Shown here piece by piece: positions 48,785 to 58,987 of a DNA stretch of 64,000 nucleotides. A program made the translations under genes and the position numbers. How positions within the stretch are numbered: the stretch's first letter is position 1; each line of letters starts with the position of its first letter. The notes below the pieces were generated by a model. The model made no database searches. It saw nothing but the letters and a program-made list of their open reading frames with translations, and had not been told where the DNA came from. This stretch comes from Bacillota bacterium (GTDB lineage Bacteria; Bacillota_I; Bacilli_A; Acholeplasmatales; Acholeplasmataceae): contig JAHISX010000043.1 of the NCBI GenBank assembly GCA_018817915.1, positions 2,591-66,590 on the forward strand. Direction: 5' to 3'.

Positions 48785-49205
48785 GAAATCATTTGATGAA
48801 TTAACCAATTTAGAGCTATATCAAATCCTTGATTTAAGATTCAAGGTTTTTGTGATGGAACAACAGATTTTATATGTGGATACAGATTATAAAGATGTAA
48901 AGAGTGTCCATTATTTCATCAAAGATGGTGATCAGATCGTAAGTTATCTCCGGTTAATTCCTAAAGGTGTCAAATTTTGTGAATTTGCTCTAAGCAGAAT
49001 TGCAACAGATCCTAACTATAGAAGTCATGGTCTTGCAACTCAATTGATTAAAGTATCACTAGAAGATGTGAAGGGTGAACCGATCAGAATATCAGGACAA
49101 GCCTATTTGAAAGACTATTATGAGCATCTAGGTTTTGAAATAGTTAAAGGCCCTTATTTAGAAGAAGATATCTTGCATTATGAGATGGTTCATTCCAACC
49201 AATAA
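48765..49205 (+). CDS. GNAT-family N-acetyltransferase (ElaA-like)
   Basis: FDELTNLELYQILDLRFKVFVMEQ is an ElaA-type N-terminus, with a RSHGLATQLI acetyl-CoA loop. Start set at ATG 48765. Confidence 0.75.
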   Translation: MFSNVIKKSFDELTNLELYQILDLRFKVFVMEQQILYVDTDYKDVKSVHYFIKDGDQIVSYLRLIPKGVKFCEFALSRIATDPNYRSHGLATQLIKVSLEDVKGEPIRISGQAYLKDYYEHLGFEIVKGPYLEEDILHYEMVHSNQ

Positions 49206-49220
49206 TCAAACTAAATACCT

Positions 49221-49248
49221 TTACAATGAGCAATAACTATGTTAAAAT
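49221..49248 (+). promoter_or_regulatory. Promoter of the alaS T-box leader
   Basis: -35 TTACAA (49221-49226), 16-nt spacer, extended -10 TGtTAAAAT (49240-49248). Confidence 0.55.
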
Positions 49249-49254
49249 GTAATC

Positions 49255-49460
49255 GCAATGAACAGAACGAGTAGTAACTATTTTCTTTAAAGAGACTTCG
49301 TGGTTGGTGAAAACGAAGAAGAAATATTATGAAGGCTATCTGGGAGCAAAAGGTATATCGGCCTTAACGATTAAAGAGTGCTAGAGATTTTCTCTAGAAC
49401 TAAGGTGGTACCGCGTATAAAATACGTCCTTAGACAATTTCTAAGGACTTTTATTTTTAT
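49255..49460 (+). promoter_or_regulatory. T-box riboswitch leader, alanine specifier (GCU)
   Basis: AGAGA box (~49290). Specifier-loop gaaGGCTa with GCT at 49335-49337. Conserved T-box aactaaggtggtaccgcg (49398-49415). Terminator gtccttag / ctaaggac (49426-49433 / 49441-49448) followed by a T-run. Upstream of alaS. Confidence 0.9.
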
Positions 49461-49478
49461 TCATATGGAGGAATTGTT

Positions 49479-52061
49479 ATGAAATTTATGACAGCAGCAG
49501 AAATTAGAGAAGTTTGGTTATCATTTTTTGAATCAAAAGGGCACAAGATTGAACCTTCTGCTTCTTTAGTCCCTCAAAATGATCCAACGCTATTATGGAT
49601 TAACGCTGGTGTTGCCCCATTAAAGAAATACTTTGATGGTAGTGAAACGCCTGTAAATCCAAGACTTACCAATGTTCAAAAATGTATTCGTACCAATGAC
49701 ATTGACAATGTTGGAAAAACAGCTAGACATCACACGTTTTTTGAAATGCTTGGTAACTTTTCAATTGGAGATTATTTTAAAAAAGAAGCTATTGCATGGG
49801 GACTTGAACTTTTAACGGATCCAAAGTGGTTCGGTTTTCCTATTGAAAAACTTTATATGACATATTATCCTGATGATCTAGAAGCTAGACAATATTGGAT
49901 GGATCATGGTATTGAACCTTCACATTTAATTCCTAGAGCAGATAATTTCTGGGAAATTGGCCCAGGACCATGTGGCCCAGATACTGAAATCTATTTTGAT
50001 CGTGGGCAAACCTATGATCAACGTGGAAAAGAACTGATTGAAGAAGATTTAGAAAATGAAAGATATATCGAAATTTGGAACATCGTTTTTTCACAATATA
50101 ATTCGAAACCTGGTTTATCTAGAGAAAATTATCCAGAACTTCCTAATCAAAATATCGATACAGGTGCTGGTCTAGAAAGATTTGCTTGTGTCATTCAACA
50201 AACAAAAACTAATTTTGAAACCGATTTGTTCTATCCTACGATTGAGCATGTTGAAAAATTATCTGGTGTAACATATACTGGCCAAATGGCATTTAAAGTC
50301 ATCTCAGATCATATCAAGGCGTTAGTGTTTGCGATTAGTGATGGTGCTATGCTTTCTAATGAAGGCAGAGGTTATGTCCTGCGTAGATTGTTAAGAAGAG
50401 CTGTTAAATATGGTCGCTCGATCAATCTTACAGAACCATTCTTATATCAACTTGTTGATGATGTAGTAGAAACGATGGGTGTATTTTATCAAAATCTTTA
50501 TGAAACAAAAGATATTGTTCAAAAAATCGTCTTAAAGGAAGAACAAAAATTTCTTGAAACCATTAATGATGGTGAAAAACATTTACTTGATGCAATTGAA
50601 AAAGAAGGAAAAGTTATTTCAGGCGTTACAGCATTTAAACTTTATGATACTTACGGGTTTCCTATTGAACTCACACTAGAATATGCAAATGAACATCAAG
50701 TTATCGTTGATGAGAAAGCATTCTATCTTGAGCTTGAAAAACAAAAAGAACGCTCAAGATCTGCTCGTACAAATCATGGCAGCATGAAAGCACAAGAAGA
50801 AGCATTCTTAAGTTTTGTTGAACCCTCATTATTTGTGGGCTACAAGACACTTCAAACCGAAGCTAAAGTCATCAAAGTTTTTGATCAGGGTATCGTCTTA
50901 GATCAAACACCATTTTATGCAACCAGTGGTGGGCAAGTTGCTGACCAAGGAACGATTAATGGACTAAAAGTAACTGATGTATCTAAACTTCCAAATGGTC
51001 AATTTTTACACCAAGTAGAAGAAGGTGCTTTTCAAGAAGGCGATGACGTGCTTGCTATCGTTGATGCTTACCAAAGATTAAGAACGATTAGAAACCATAG
51101 TGCGGCACATCTGTTCCATCAATCGATTAAGGATAACTTTGGAAAACATGCAAATCAACAAGGTTCTCAAGTTTCACCAAAGAGCTGGAGATTTGACTTT
51201 AACCACTATGAAACAGAATCTGATGAGCAAATTCTTTTAGTAGAAAAATTAGTTAAACATTATATACACGAAAAACCATTAGATGTTATCATTCGTGAAA
51301 TGCCACTTGAAGAAGCTAAACAATATGGCGCTATGGCACTGTTTGGTGAAAAGTATCACGATATCGTAAGAGTCGTAGATATGGGTTGGAGTAAAGAATT
51401 ATGTGGTGGCACACACGTTAAGAACACAAGTGAGATTGTTGACTTTGCCATTACATCATATGAATCGATCGGTTCTGGTATTTATCGTATGGAAGGTGTG
51501 ACTGGAACAGACGTTAAAGAGCAGGTAAAAGGCTTTTTAGAGCCACTTTATCGTGAACTCGAAACACTATATGACAAGATCAGTAGAATGGAAATTAAGG
51601 TAGATATTCCAAAGCAACCAGAAATTATAGGAAGCTATCAAGACATCATTAATATGCGCCATTACATCATTGAAGTCAAAGAGTTAATCAAGGAAAAAGA
51701 AAAAGAAGTCAGTCGTTTAAAACAACAAGATGTTTTGCAAAGATTAGAAGATTTTATAGAAGATGATGAATCGAAAAACCAAGTGATTGTTACACATGAT
51801 ATCGATTCTAAAGTTTTAAAGCAATTGATGGATGCACTTTATGATAAAATAAAAGCGCAAACCTTATTTCTTGTGAACATCCAAGAAGGCAAAGCAACAT
51901 TCCTTTGCAAAAGCTCATTGGATCAAGCAGGTAACTTAGTTAAACTAGCTGCATCCCTTACTAATGGATCAGGTGGTGGAAAACCAAATATGGCTCAAGG
52001 TGGAACACAGGATTTATCAAATCTTGATCAAGCATTAGAGACCATAAGAAAGAGCTTATGA
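49479..52061 (+). CDS. alaS: Alanine--tRNA ligase
   Basis: 860 aa. HHTFFEMLGNFSIGDYFK, WNIVFSQYN, the editing-domain HSAAH...CGGTH, and a C-terminal DHHA1-like GGGKPNMAQGG. Confidence 0.97.
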   Translation: MKFMTAAEIREVWLSFFESKGHKIEPSASLVPQNDPTLLWINAGVAPLKKYFDGSETPVNPRLTNVQKCIRTNDIDNVGKTARHHTFFEMLGNFSIGDYFKKEAIAWGLELLTDPKWFGFPIEKLYMTYYPDDLEARQYWMDHGIEPSHLIPRADNFWEIGPGPCGPDTEIYFDRGQTYDQRGKELIEEDLENERYIEIWNIVFSQYNSKPGLSRENYPELPNQNIDTGAGLERFACVIQQTKTNFETDLFYPTIEHVEKLSGVTYTGQMAFKVISDHIKALVFAISDGAMLSNEGRGYVLRRLLRRAVKYGRSINLTEPFLYQLVDDVVETMGVFYQNLYETKDIVQKIVLKEEQKFLETINDGEKHLLDAIEKEGKVISGVTAFKLYDTYGFPIELTLEYANEHQVIVDEKAFYLELEKQKERSRSARTNHGSMKAQEEAFLSFVEPSLFVGYKTLQTEAKVIKVFDQGIVLDQTPFYATSGGQVADQGTINGLKVTDVSKLPNGQFLHQVEEGAFQEGDDVLAIVDAYQRLRTIRNHSAAHLFHQSIKDNFGKHANQQGSQVSPKSWRFDFNHYETESDEQILLVEKLVKHYIHEKPLDVIIREMPLEEAKQYGAMALFGEKYHDIVRVVDMGWSKELCGGTHVKNTSEIVDFAITSYESIGSGIYRMEGVTGTDVKEQVKGFLEPLYRELETLYDKISRMEIKVDIPKQPEIIGSYQDIINMRHYIIEVKELIKEKEKEVSRLKQQDVLQRLEDFIEDDESKNQVIVTHDIDSKVLKQLMDALYDKIKAQTLFLVNIQEGKATFLCKSSLDQAGNLVKLAASLTNGSGGGKPNMAQGGTQDLSNLDQALETIRKSL

Positions 52062-52486
52062 AAAAATATTTAGGATTAGATTTAGGGAGTAAAACAGTTG
52101 GTATATCAATGAGCGAATCCGGTGTCATTGCGTATGCACTGACAACACTAAGATTTAGTGAAAATAATTATGAAGAGGCTGCAGATCAAGTCTCTCAACT
52201 TGTCATATCAAACAAGATCGAAATTGTGGTTTTAGGATTTCCAAAGCATATGAATAATGATATTGGAATCAGAGGAAAAATAAGTGAAGATTTTAAAGTA
52301 CTATTAGAACAAAGATGCTCAGCTGAAATTGTTCTTTGGGACGAAAGATTATCAACACAAACTGCACTCCGTGCAATGATTAAAGGATCAGAGCGACGCA
52401 AATCCCAAAAACAAAAAAAGGATGAGTTAGCTGCTGTTGTTATATTACAAAACTATTTAGATTATAAAGGAGCAAGTCTATGTTAG
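52058..52486 (+). CDS. ruvX: YqgF/RuvX-family putative pre-16S rRNA nuclease (Holliday-junction-resolvase-like)
   Basis: LGLDLGSKTVGIS N-terminus, WDERLST and AAVVILQNYLD. ATGA overlap with alaS, matching the B. subtilis alaS-yrrK order. Confidence 0.9.
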   Translation: MKKYLGLDLGSKTVGISMSESGVIAYALTTLRFSENNYEEAADQVSQLVISNKIEIVVLGFPKHMNNDIGIRGKISEDFKVLLEQRCSAEIVLWDERLSTQTALRAMIKGSERRKSQKQKKDELAAVVILQNYLDYKGASLC

Positions 52487-52764
52487 AAGAAAACCAAATG
52501 ATTGTTACAAATGCTGAAGGCGATGAGTCTGTATGCGAAATTTTATTTACCCATGAACATGGTGGAAAGAATTATGTTGTCTTTGAATTTGTAGATTCCC
52601 ATGAAGTAAGTGCTGCTGTTTATGTCGTTGGAAAAACAGAAGACGAAGGAACCTTTCTTGACATCGAAACCGATGAAGAATGGGATATGCTAGACAAAGT
52701 TTTACAAGCATATTTCGACAGCGAAGACGATGAATTAGAAGACGACGAAGAAGAAGAGGCATAA
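52480..52764 (+). CDS. DUF1292 (YrzB-like) small acidic protein
   Basis: 94 aa. EILFTHEHGGKNYVVFEF...VYVV pattern with an acidic tail. Its position after ruvX matches yrzB in B. subtilis. Confidence 0.75.
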   Translation: MLEENQMIVTNAEGDESVCEILFTHEHGGKNYVVFEFVDSHEVSAAVYVVGKTEDEGTFLDIETDEEWDMLDKVLQAYFDSEDDELEDDEEEEA

Positions 52765-53324
52765 TGCTAGAAGAGATTAAACAATATGCGAAAGATCATC
52801 AAGTTCCAATTATTTGTGATGATGGTCTTTTGTTTCTATCGAAAGTCATTCAAGAATATCCAATTAAACAAGTTTTAGAAATCGGAACTGCCATTGGCTA
52901 TAGCGCACTTGCTATGGCTTCTTTGGGTTGTAAAGTTGATACACTGGAAAGAAAGCTAGAAATGTATGAACTTGCTAAAATTAATTTGGAAACTTATGAT
53001 AAAAATAATCAAATCAAGTTAATTTATGCAGATGCTCTAACCTATCATGGAGAACTCAAAACTTATGATCTGATCTTTATTGATGCTGCAAAGGCGCAGT
53101 ATCAACGCTTTTTTGAAAAGTACATGCCATATTTGAATCCAAAAGGCATTATTGTTTGTGATAACCTAAGATTTCATGATTTGAAACCAGAAAACGTCAA
53201 TAGACACACCAAGCAATTATTAAGAAAAATAGAAACATTTAAAGCATTCTTATTGAATCACCCAGAATTTAAAACAACTTTTGTTGAACAAGGTGATGGG
53301 ATGAGCATAAGTCAAAGGAAATAA
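52764..53324 (+). CDS. Class I SAM-dependent O-methyltransferase (YrrM/TrmR-like, family 3)
   Basis: VLEIGTAIGYSAL (SAM motif I) and DLIFIDAAK. Synteny with yrrM upstream of the two U32 genes. Confidence 0.8.
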   Translation: MLEEIKQYAKDHQVPIICDDGLLFLSKVIQEYPIKQVLEIGTAIGYSALAMASLGCKVDTLERKLEMYELAKINLETYDKNNQIKLIYADALTYHGELKTYDLIFIDAAKAQYQRFFEKYMPYLNPKGIIVCDNLRFHDLKPENVNRHTKQLLRKIETFKAFLLNHPEFKTTFVEQGDGMSISQRK

Positions 53325-53325
53325 T

Positions 53326-54204
53326 ATGAAACTTTTGTCAACATTTTACAAAGTAGAGGATATCGAAAAACTTTCAGTTTATGCTGATGGTTTTTTAATT
53401 GGAAATGATGACTTTGGAACAAGATTGACAAAGAGTTATTCGACAAAAGAGATTCAAGAAGTTCTAAAGATAACAAAAAGATTGAATAAATCATTATATT
53501 TGGTATGCAATCAAATATTTAATGATGATCAATTAGTAAATTTTAAATCTTGGATTGAAAAATTACCTATCTTAGAATTTTCAGGTATTGTTGTTGCTGA
53601 TTTAGGTGCATATCGTTTATTAGATCATATGGGGTTAAGTGAACTGATCGTCTATAACCCTGAAACACTGATGACCAATGCTTATGATTTTAATTTTTTA
53701 GCGCATTTTAATATTCAAGGTGTTTTTGTTGCTAAAGAAATAACACTCGAGGATGTAATCTATATTGGAGACAAAAAGAAGTATAAGATGTTCATGATTG
53801 GCCATGGACATTTGAATATGTTTTACTCAAAAAGACAATTGATTGATAATTTCATGGACTTTACTGAATCAGAAAATGTATATCATAACAGACAGGATTT
53901 AAAGATTGTTGAAGAGAATAGGAAAGAAGATCCTTACCCTATCTTAGAAGATCAAGCTGGGACACATGTTTTTAGAAGTCAAGTACTCTCATCAATTAAT
54001 CATTTAAGCGCATTAAAAGGGTTTGTTGATTATTTAGTGATTGATTCGTTATTTAAAGATGATGATTATGCATTGTCGGTTTTAAAAATGTATAAAGCAG
54101 AAAAAGAAGACCTAGAACAAATTCAATTGATTAAAAATAAATATCAAGAAGTTTGGGATGAAGGATTCTTTTATAAGAAAACAATATATAAACACAAAGG
54201 ATAA
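53326..54204 (+). CDS. Peptidase U32-family protein (YrrN/TrhP2-like)
   Basis: 292 aa with a U32-like TIM-barrel sequence. Paired with the following canonical U32 gene, as with yrrN-yrrO in B. subtilis. Confidence 0.7.
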   Translation: MKLLSTFYKVEDIEKLSVYADGFLIGNDDFGTRLTKSYSTKEIQEVLKITKRLNKSLYLVCNQIFNDDQLVNFKSWIEKLPILEFSGIVVADLGAYRLLDHMGLSELIVYNPETLMTNAYDFNFLAHFNIQGVFVAKEITLEDVIYIGDKKKYKMFMIGHGHLNMFYSKRQLIDNFMDFTESENVYHNRQDLKIVEENRKEDPYPILEDQAGTHVFRSQVLSSINHLSALKGFVDYLVIDSLFKDDDYALSVLKMYKAEKEDLEQIQLIKNKYQEVWDEGFFYKKTIYKHKG

Positions 54205-55385
54205 TGATGATTGAACTGTTGGCACCTGCCGGAGATTTAGAAAAATTAAAGATTGCACTGATGTATGGTGCAGATGCTGTCTTCATTGGAGGACAGAATT
54301 TTTCGCTTCGTGCACGTGCTTCCAATTTCACATTAAATGATATCTTAGAAGCAACAACCTTTGCACATGAAAAACATAAGAAGATTTATGTTACAACCAA
54401 TATTATTCCTCACAATGAAGATTTAGAAGGTGTAATTGAATATTTACAAGCTTTAGAGACTAGAAATGTGGATGCCATTATATCTGCTTCACCATTCATC
54501 ATTGATATGGCACTTAAACATACGAAGCTTGAAGTTCATTTATCAACTCAACAATCAGCAACTAATAGTGAAGCTGTTCATTTCTGGCATGATCATGGGA
54601 TCACCCGTATCGTTTTAGCTCGTGAGCTTGATAAACATCAAATTAAACGATTAATCTCTAAAACAGATGCCGATATTGAAGTCTTTATTCACGGTGGTAT
54701 GTGTATGTCTTATTCTGGTAGATGTAGTCTATCCAATAATATGACTGACCGTGATGCAAATCGTGGTGGGTGTGCGCACTCTTGTAGATGGAGTTATGAA
54801 CTTACTCAAGATGGGAAAAGCGTGAGTGATCAAATGTTTTCCATGTCTTCTAAAGATTTAGAAGCATTAGAACAAATTCCATTTTTAATTGAAGCAGGGG
54901 TTAAATCGTTAAAGATTGAAGGCAGAATGAAAAGTTTACATTATATTGCTACTGTCGTATCTACGTATAGACGTTTAATCGATGCGTTTAATCAAAATGG
55001 AGAAATTAAGGATTTCAATCCTTATTTGATTGAACTTCAAAAAGCAGAAAATAGATTAGCTTCTCATGGTTATCTTGAAGGATTACCTGGTGTCGAACAG
55101 CAACTCTATGATAAGAAGAGTGAACAACCATCACAACTCTTTATTGGACTTGTTCAAAGCTATGATGAAAAAACTCAAATAGCAACCATCGAACAACGTA
55201 ATTATTTTGAAGTAGGATATGAAATAGAAATCTTTCATCCAAATGGTAATGAAGAGACATTTACATTAAACTATATGTCTGATGAAAAAGGCGAGTTTAC
55301 CCAAGTTGCTAGACATCCCCAACAAATACTACATATCAAGGTTCCATTTCCTGTTGAACCTTATGCTATGCTGAGGAAAAAATAA
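54204..55385 (+). CDS. Peptidase U32-family protein (YrrO/TrhP1-like)
   Basis: IELLAPAGDLEKLKIALMYGADAVFIGG, LARELD and the Cys-rich CMSYSGRCSLSN...GGCAHSCRW are typical of U32. Confidence 0.88.
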   Translation: MMIELLAPAGDLEKLKIALMYGADAVFIGGQNFSLRARASNFTLNDILEATTFAHEKHKKIYVTTNIIPHNEDLEGVIEYLQALETRNVDAIISASPFIIDMALKHTKLEVHLSTQQSATNSEAVHFWHDHGITRIVLARELDKHQIKRLISKTDADIEVFIHGGMCMSYSGRCSLSNNMTDRDANRGGCAHSCRWSYELTQDGKSVSDQMFSMSSKDLEALEQIPFLIEAGVKSLKIEGRMKSLHYIATVVSTYRRLIDAFNQNGEIKDFNPYLIELQKAENRLASHGYLEGLPGVEQQLYDKKSEQPSQLFIGLVQSYDEKTQIATIEQRNYFEVGYEIEIFHPNGNEETFTLNYMSDEKGEFTQVARHPQQILHIKVPFPVEPYAMLRKK

Positions 55386-56047
55386 TGGAAACATACGAAA
55401 AAGACGGAAGAATCATCACTTATCTCATTACCCACAAAAGAATTAAAAATACATACTTTAGAGTCAAGGATGGATATTTAAAAGTCACCACGCATCCTTT
55501 GACTAAAAAGAGCTTAATCATCGCTTATATTGATGCTAGATTTGATCAACTATATAAAAAACTTGATGTCACAAAACCTAAAGAATTAGACAATCAAATT
55601 ACGCTTTGGGATCATACACTGGAACTCATGATTTCTTACGGTCTATTTAGATATCGAGTACACAGTGATATCGTGGTTGTTTGGTCATTAGAGACAGATG
55701 TAGCCAAGGTTAAAAGACAGGTTTACGCGAAAGAGTTAGAACAACAAATCAAAAAAATCAGTAAGGATATCGAAGCAACCATTGCTCAAAAAGGTCTTAA
55801 CATACTACCTTACAAAATTAAATATCTCAAGTCTAAATATGGAAGTTATCACCGAAAAAACAATGAAATTACACTCAATTCCTTTCTTTCAAGGCTAGAC
55901 CCGATTTATCTAAACTATGTGATTTATCATGAATATGCACATGCAATCGTTTTTAATCATTCAAAAGATTTTTATAATCTTTTAAACGAATTCATGCCAA
56001 ATCATCGTGTTTATCAAAAAGACTTAAAAAAAATAGCAATTATTTGA
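55385..56047 (+). CDS. DUF45/YgjP-like (M48-related) metal-dependent hydrolase
   Basis: KYGSYHRKNNEITLN and VIYHEYAH (HExxH) near the C-terminus. Confidence 0.7.
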   Translation: METYEKDGRIITYLITHKRIKNTYFRVKDGYLKVTTHPLTKKSLIIAYIDARFDQLYKKLDVTKPKELDNQITLWDHTLELMISYGLFRYRVHSDIVVVWSLETDVAKVKRQVYAKELEQQIKKISKDIEATIAQKGLNILPYKIKYLKSKYGSYHRKNNEITLNSFLSRLDPIYLNYVIYHEYAHAIVFNHSKDFYNLLNEFMPNHRVYQKDLKKIAII

Positions 56048-56089
56048 AAAATGATGTATAATAATTAAGAAATTTAAGGAGGTACACCA

Positions 56090-56563
56090 ATGGCTGTTAA
56101 GCAAACGTTTCAATTAACTCAAGAAGGTGTCGATAATTTAAAAACTGAACTTACATATTTAAAAGATGTTAGACGTGGTGAAAACCTAGAAGCACTCAAA
56201 GAAGCAAGAGCACAAGGTGATTTATCAGAAAATGCTGATTATGATGCTGCTAGAAACGAACAAGCAAGAATCGAAGCTAGAATTGCTGAGATTGAAAATA
56301 TCATCAAAAATGTTAAAATCATCAAAACAACATCTGAAGATATCGTTAATATCGGTAAAACCGTAAGTGTTCGTTTTGTAGAAACAAACGAATTGAAGGA
56401 ATTTTATCTTGTTGGAAGCATCGAAGCTGATCCAAAAGCAAGAAAAATCTCTGTAGAATCTCCAATTGGTAAAGCAATGATCAACCATGCAGAAGGCGAT
56501 ACAGTAGAAGTAAAAACAGAAACAGGACGCATCTTTTCAATCGAGATAGTGGAAATTAACTAA
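56090..56563 (+). CDS. greA: Transcription elongation factor GreA
   Basis: LT.EG...L..EL..L...R......L.EAR..GDLSENADYDAA..EQ...E.RI..IE is canonical GreA. RBS aaggagg. Confidence 0.96.
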   Translation: MAVKQTFQLTQEGVDNLKTELTYLKDVRRGENLEALKEARAQGDLSENADYDAARNEQARIEARIAEIENIIKNVKIIKTTSEDIVNIGKTVSVRFVETNELKEFYLVGSIEADPKARKISVESPIGKAMINHAEGDTVEVKTETGRIFSIEIVEIN

Positions 56564-57111
56564 TGTCAGTTTATCAAAAATGCATACCGCAGGCTTATTA
56601 TGCATCCATTTTTGAAATTCCATATCAAAAACTAAAAGAGCAAGGGATAAATTCCTTGTTTTTTGACTTAGATAATACAATCATTGCCTATGATGAAGTT
56701 GAACTTAATCATAAGCAAATTGAATTTATTAAAGACTTGCAAAAAGATTTTAAAGTACTCATTTTATCGAATACCAATTTTAAAAGAGTATCGCTGGCTT
56801 TAAATAAAGTAGATCTTCCATTTATTTGGTATGCTAAGAAACCTTTAAAATTCGGCTTTAAAAAAGCATTAAAAATACTTGATGCTAAAAAAGAAGAGAC
56901 AGTCATTATTGGCGATCAACTCATGACTGATGTTTTTGGTGCGAATAGAGTTGGCATCGGCTCCATTTTAGTCGCATCTGTTAAGCGTAAATCAGATCGT
57001 GCAATAACAAAATTTAATCGAAAAATTGAAGCTGTTATTCTTAAGAAAATTCAAAAGAAAGCGCCTGATCTTTATAATGAAAGGCTCAAATTATATGTCG
57101 ACAGTCATTAA
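56563..57111 (+). CDS. yqeG: YqeG-family HAD-IIIA phosphatase
   Basis: FFDLDNTI (HAD motif I), LSNT and IGDQLMTDVFGANRVG. Followed by yqeH, as in Bacillus. Confidence 0.85.
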   Translation: MSVYQKCIPQAYYASIFEIPYQKLKEQGINSLFFDLDNTIIAYDEVELNHKQIEFIKDLQKDFKVLILSNTNFKRVSLALNKVDLPFIWYAKKPLKFGFKKALKILDAKKEETVIIGDQLMTDVFGANRVGIGSILVASVKRKSDRAITKFNRKIEAVILKKIQKKAPDLYNERLKLYVDSH

Positions 57112-58120
57112 GTGCCAGGGCTGCGGTGCAATACTGCAAACAGAAGATCAATCAAAAGTTGGATATGTTTTGTCATTAGATCACGAATATTGTCAATCGT
57201 GTTATCGTCTGATGCATTATGGTGAAGCAAATATCCATTTTCATCCTGAAGATCTACCAAATCTTGAAAGTGATTCCTTAATCCTCATGGTGAGTTCAGT
57301 ACTCCATTTAGACATGTTGTTTAGTTATCCTGTCTATAGATATCAACCTGACGCTCATTTTGTTTATGTAATTAATCAAATAGATTTGTTGCCACAAAGC
57401 ACCAATTTAGATAAACTCGTCGAAAAATTAACTCAAAAAGCACGTTCACTTAATGTACCTTTTCAAGACTTAATCTTAATGTCGGCTAAAAATACATTTG
57501 ATATTGAAAATCTTAAAAAATATTTGACTTCTTATAGACACAAAAATATTTATTTGCTCGGTGTGCAAAATAGTGGGAAGACAACAATTTATAAGGCTTT
57601 AACGAACCAAACCAAAGCACTAGCCTTTAAAAAGGCTGGGCTTACACAAGAAGCATTATCCTCACCTTTTGGTGATCAAATCATTTATGATATGCCAGGA
57701 TTATATCAAGAAGGATACTTGCATCAATTATTGCCTTATGAGGTTTATAAGAATTTAATCCCTGATATTGAGATGAAGCCAAAAATTTATCAAGTGAAAG
57801 ATCAACAAGCTTTAATGATTGAAGGCTTGATATCTATTGTCTTTAAAGGAACTAATATGAGTGCTGTCTTTTATGGGCATCAAAATCTTAAGATTCATAA
57901 GACAAATGCAAAAAGAGTCAAAGAGCTTTTATTGAATAAAGAAGAACACTTCAAAGTCTTTGTTCATGATTATGAGGAAAAAGCGCTTAGAATTCCTAAG
58001 GGGAAAACACAAATTACTTTTGCAGATATGGGATTTTTGCATGTTATTGGACCAATGCACTTGAAAATCACTTATCCTAAAGGCATGCACTTAAGCATGA
58101 CGGAGGCAACTTTTCAATGA
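57095..58120 (+). CDS. yqeH: Ribosome-biogenesis GTPase YqeH (circularly permuted)
   Basis: N-terminal zinc knuckle CQGCGA...CQSCYRL. Permuted G motifs NQID (G4), GVQNSGKTT (G1) and DMPG (G3). Start set at ATG 57095. Confidence 0.85.
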   Translation: MSTVIKCQGCGAILQTEDQSKVGYVLSLDHEYCQSCYRLMHYGEANIHFHPEDLPNLESDSLILMVSSVLHLDMLFSYPVYRYQPDAHFVYVINQIDLLPQSTNLDKLVEKLTQKARSLNVPFQDLILMSAKNTFDIENLKKYLTSYRHKNIYLLGVQNSGKTTIYKALTNQTKALAFKKAGLTQEALSSPFGDQIIYDMPGLYQEGYLHQLLPYEVYKNLIPDIEMKPKIYQVKDQQALMIEGLISIVFKGTNMSAVFYGHQNLKIHKTNAKRVKELLLNKEEHFKVFVHDYEEKALRIPKGKTQITFADMGFLHVIGPMHLKITYPKGMHLSMTEATFQ

Positions 58121-58689
58121 TTGAATCAATTAAGAAAAAGGTTACGGAAAAACTCAAAGATCATCATAAGAGATTAGAACATGTCTTTGGAGTTTACGAA
58201 ACAGCAATTAAACTAGCTCAAGTTCATCATTTAGATGAGAATAAAGTAGCGGTTGCTGCACTTTATCATGACTATGCAAAATATGATTCTATTGAAAACC
58301 AAATTTCGCATTTAGATTTGGATGTTATTAAAGCATATATTGAAACTCCAGTCATCTATCATGCGTTTGCAGCAACAAAAGCATTGGAAATGGATTTTGA
58401 TATTCATGATGAAGAAGTATTAAATGCAATTAGATATCATGTTTGGGGTAGAATAGGTATGTCAGATATTGAGAAAGTCATTCTGATTAGTGATTCTTGT
58501 GAACCAAATAGAAAATTTGATGATGCAACACAAATTTATGAACTTGCACTTAAAGATTTAGATCAAGCTTGTGAAAGTGTCATGAAAGCTAGTATTGATT
58601 ACTTAGAAACTAAAGGCATTGTTCCAGCTAAGGAACAAATGGAGATATACATTTACTATATGGAGGTAAACCGTGGAAAAACTGAATAA
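58117..58689 (+). CDS. yqeK: HD-domain protein YqeK (bis(5'-nucleosyl)-tetraphosphatase-like)
   Basis: RLEHVFGVYETAIKLA and ALYHDYAKY (HD motif). Position before rsfS. Confidence 0.82.
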   Translation: MIESIKKKVTEKLKDHHKRLEHVFGVYETAIKLAQVHHLDENKVAVAALYHDYAKYDSIENQISHLDLDVIKAYIETPVIYHAFAATKALEMDFDIHDEEVLNAIRYHVWGRIGMSDIEKVILISDSCEPNRKFDDATQIYELALKDLDQACESVMKASIDYLETKGIVPAKEQMEIYIYYMEVNRGKTE

Positions 58690-58987
58690 AATAATTCAAG
58701 AATTAGAAGATTTAAAAGTCAAAGATTTAAAAGCGTATGATTTTGATAAAACATCACCATTTTATGATTATTTCGTGATTGCTACAACCAATGAAAAACA
58801 AGCAAATGCAGCAATCAATCATATAAAGAAAGCTTTATTAGCAGACGAAGTCAAACATATTGAAGGTAAAGGTGGCGCTTGGGTATTAATTGATTGTGGA
58901 GATGTCATTGTTCATCTATTTCAAGAAGAAGATCGCAGATTTTATGGCTTTGATCAACGTCTTTTAGGCATTAAACGTATTCAATAA
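58673..58987 (+). CDS. rsfS: Ribosomal silencing factor RsfS
   Basis: 104 aa. DYFVIATTNEKQANAA...EG....WVLIDCGDVIVHLF..E.R.FY is canonical RsfS/Iojap. Confidence 0.9.
   Translation: MEKLNKIIQELEDLKVKDLKAYDFDKTSPFYDYFVIATTNEKQANAAINHIKKALLADEVKHIEGKGGAWVLIDCGDVIVHLFQEEDRRFYGFDQRLLGIKRIQ

Noticed and set aside
56099-56114. Operator-like sequence aagcaaacgtttcaat inside the first codons of greA
   Set aside because: Its right half matches operator O3, but the left half deviates (gcaaac versus tcgaaac). It lies within the coding sequence of a housekeeping gene (codons K-Q-T-F-Q-L), so it is most likely coincidental.
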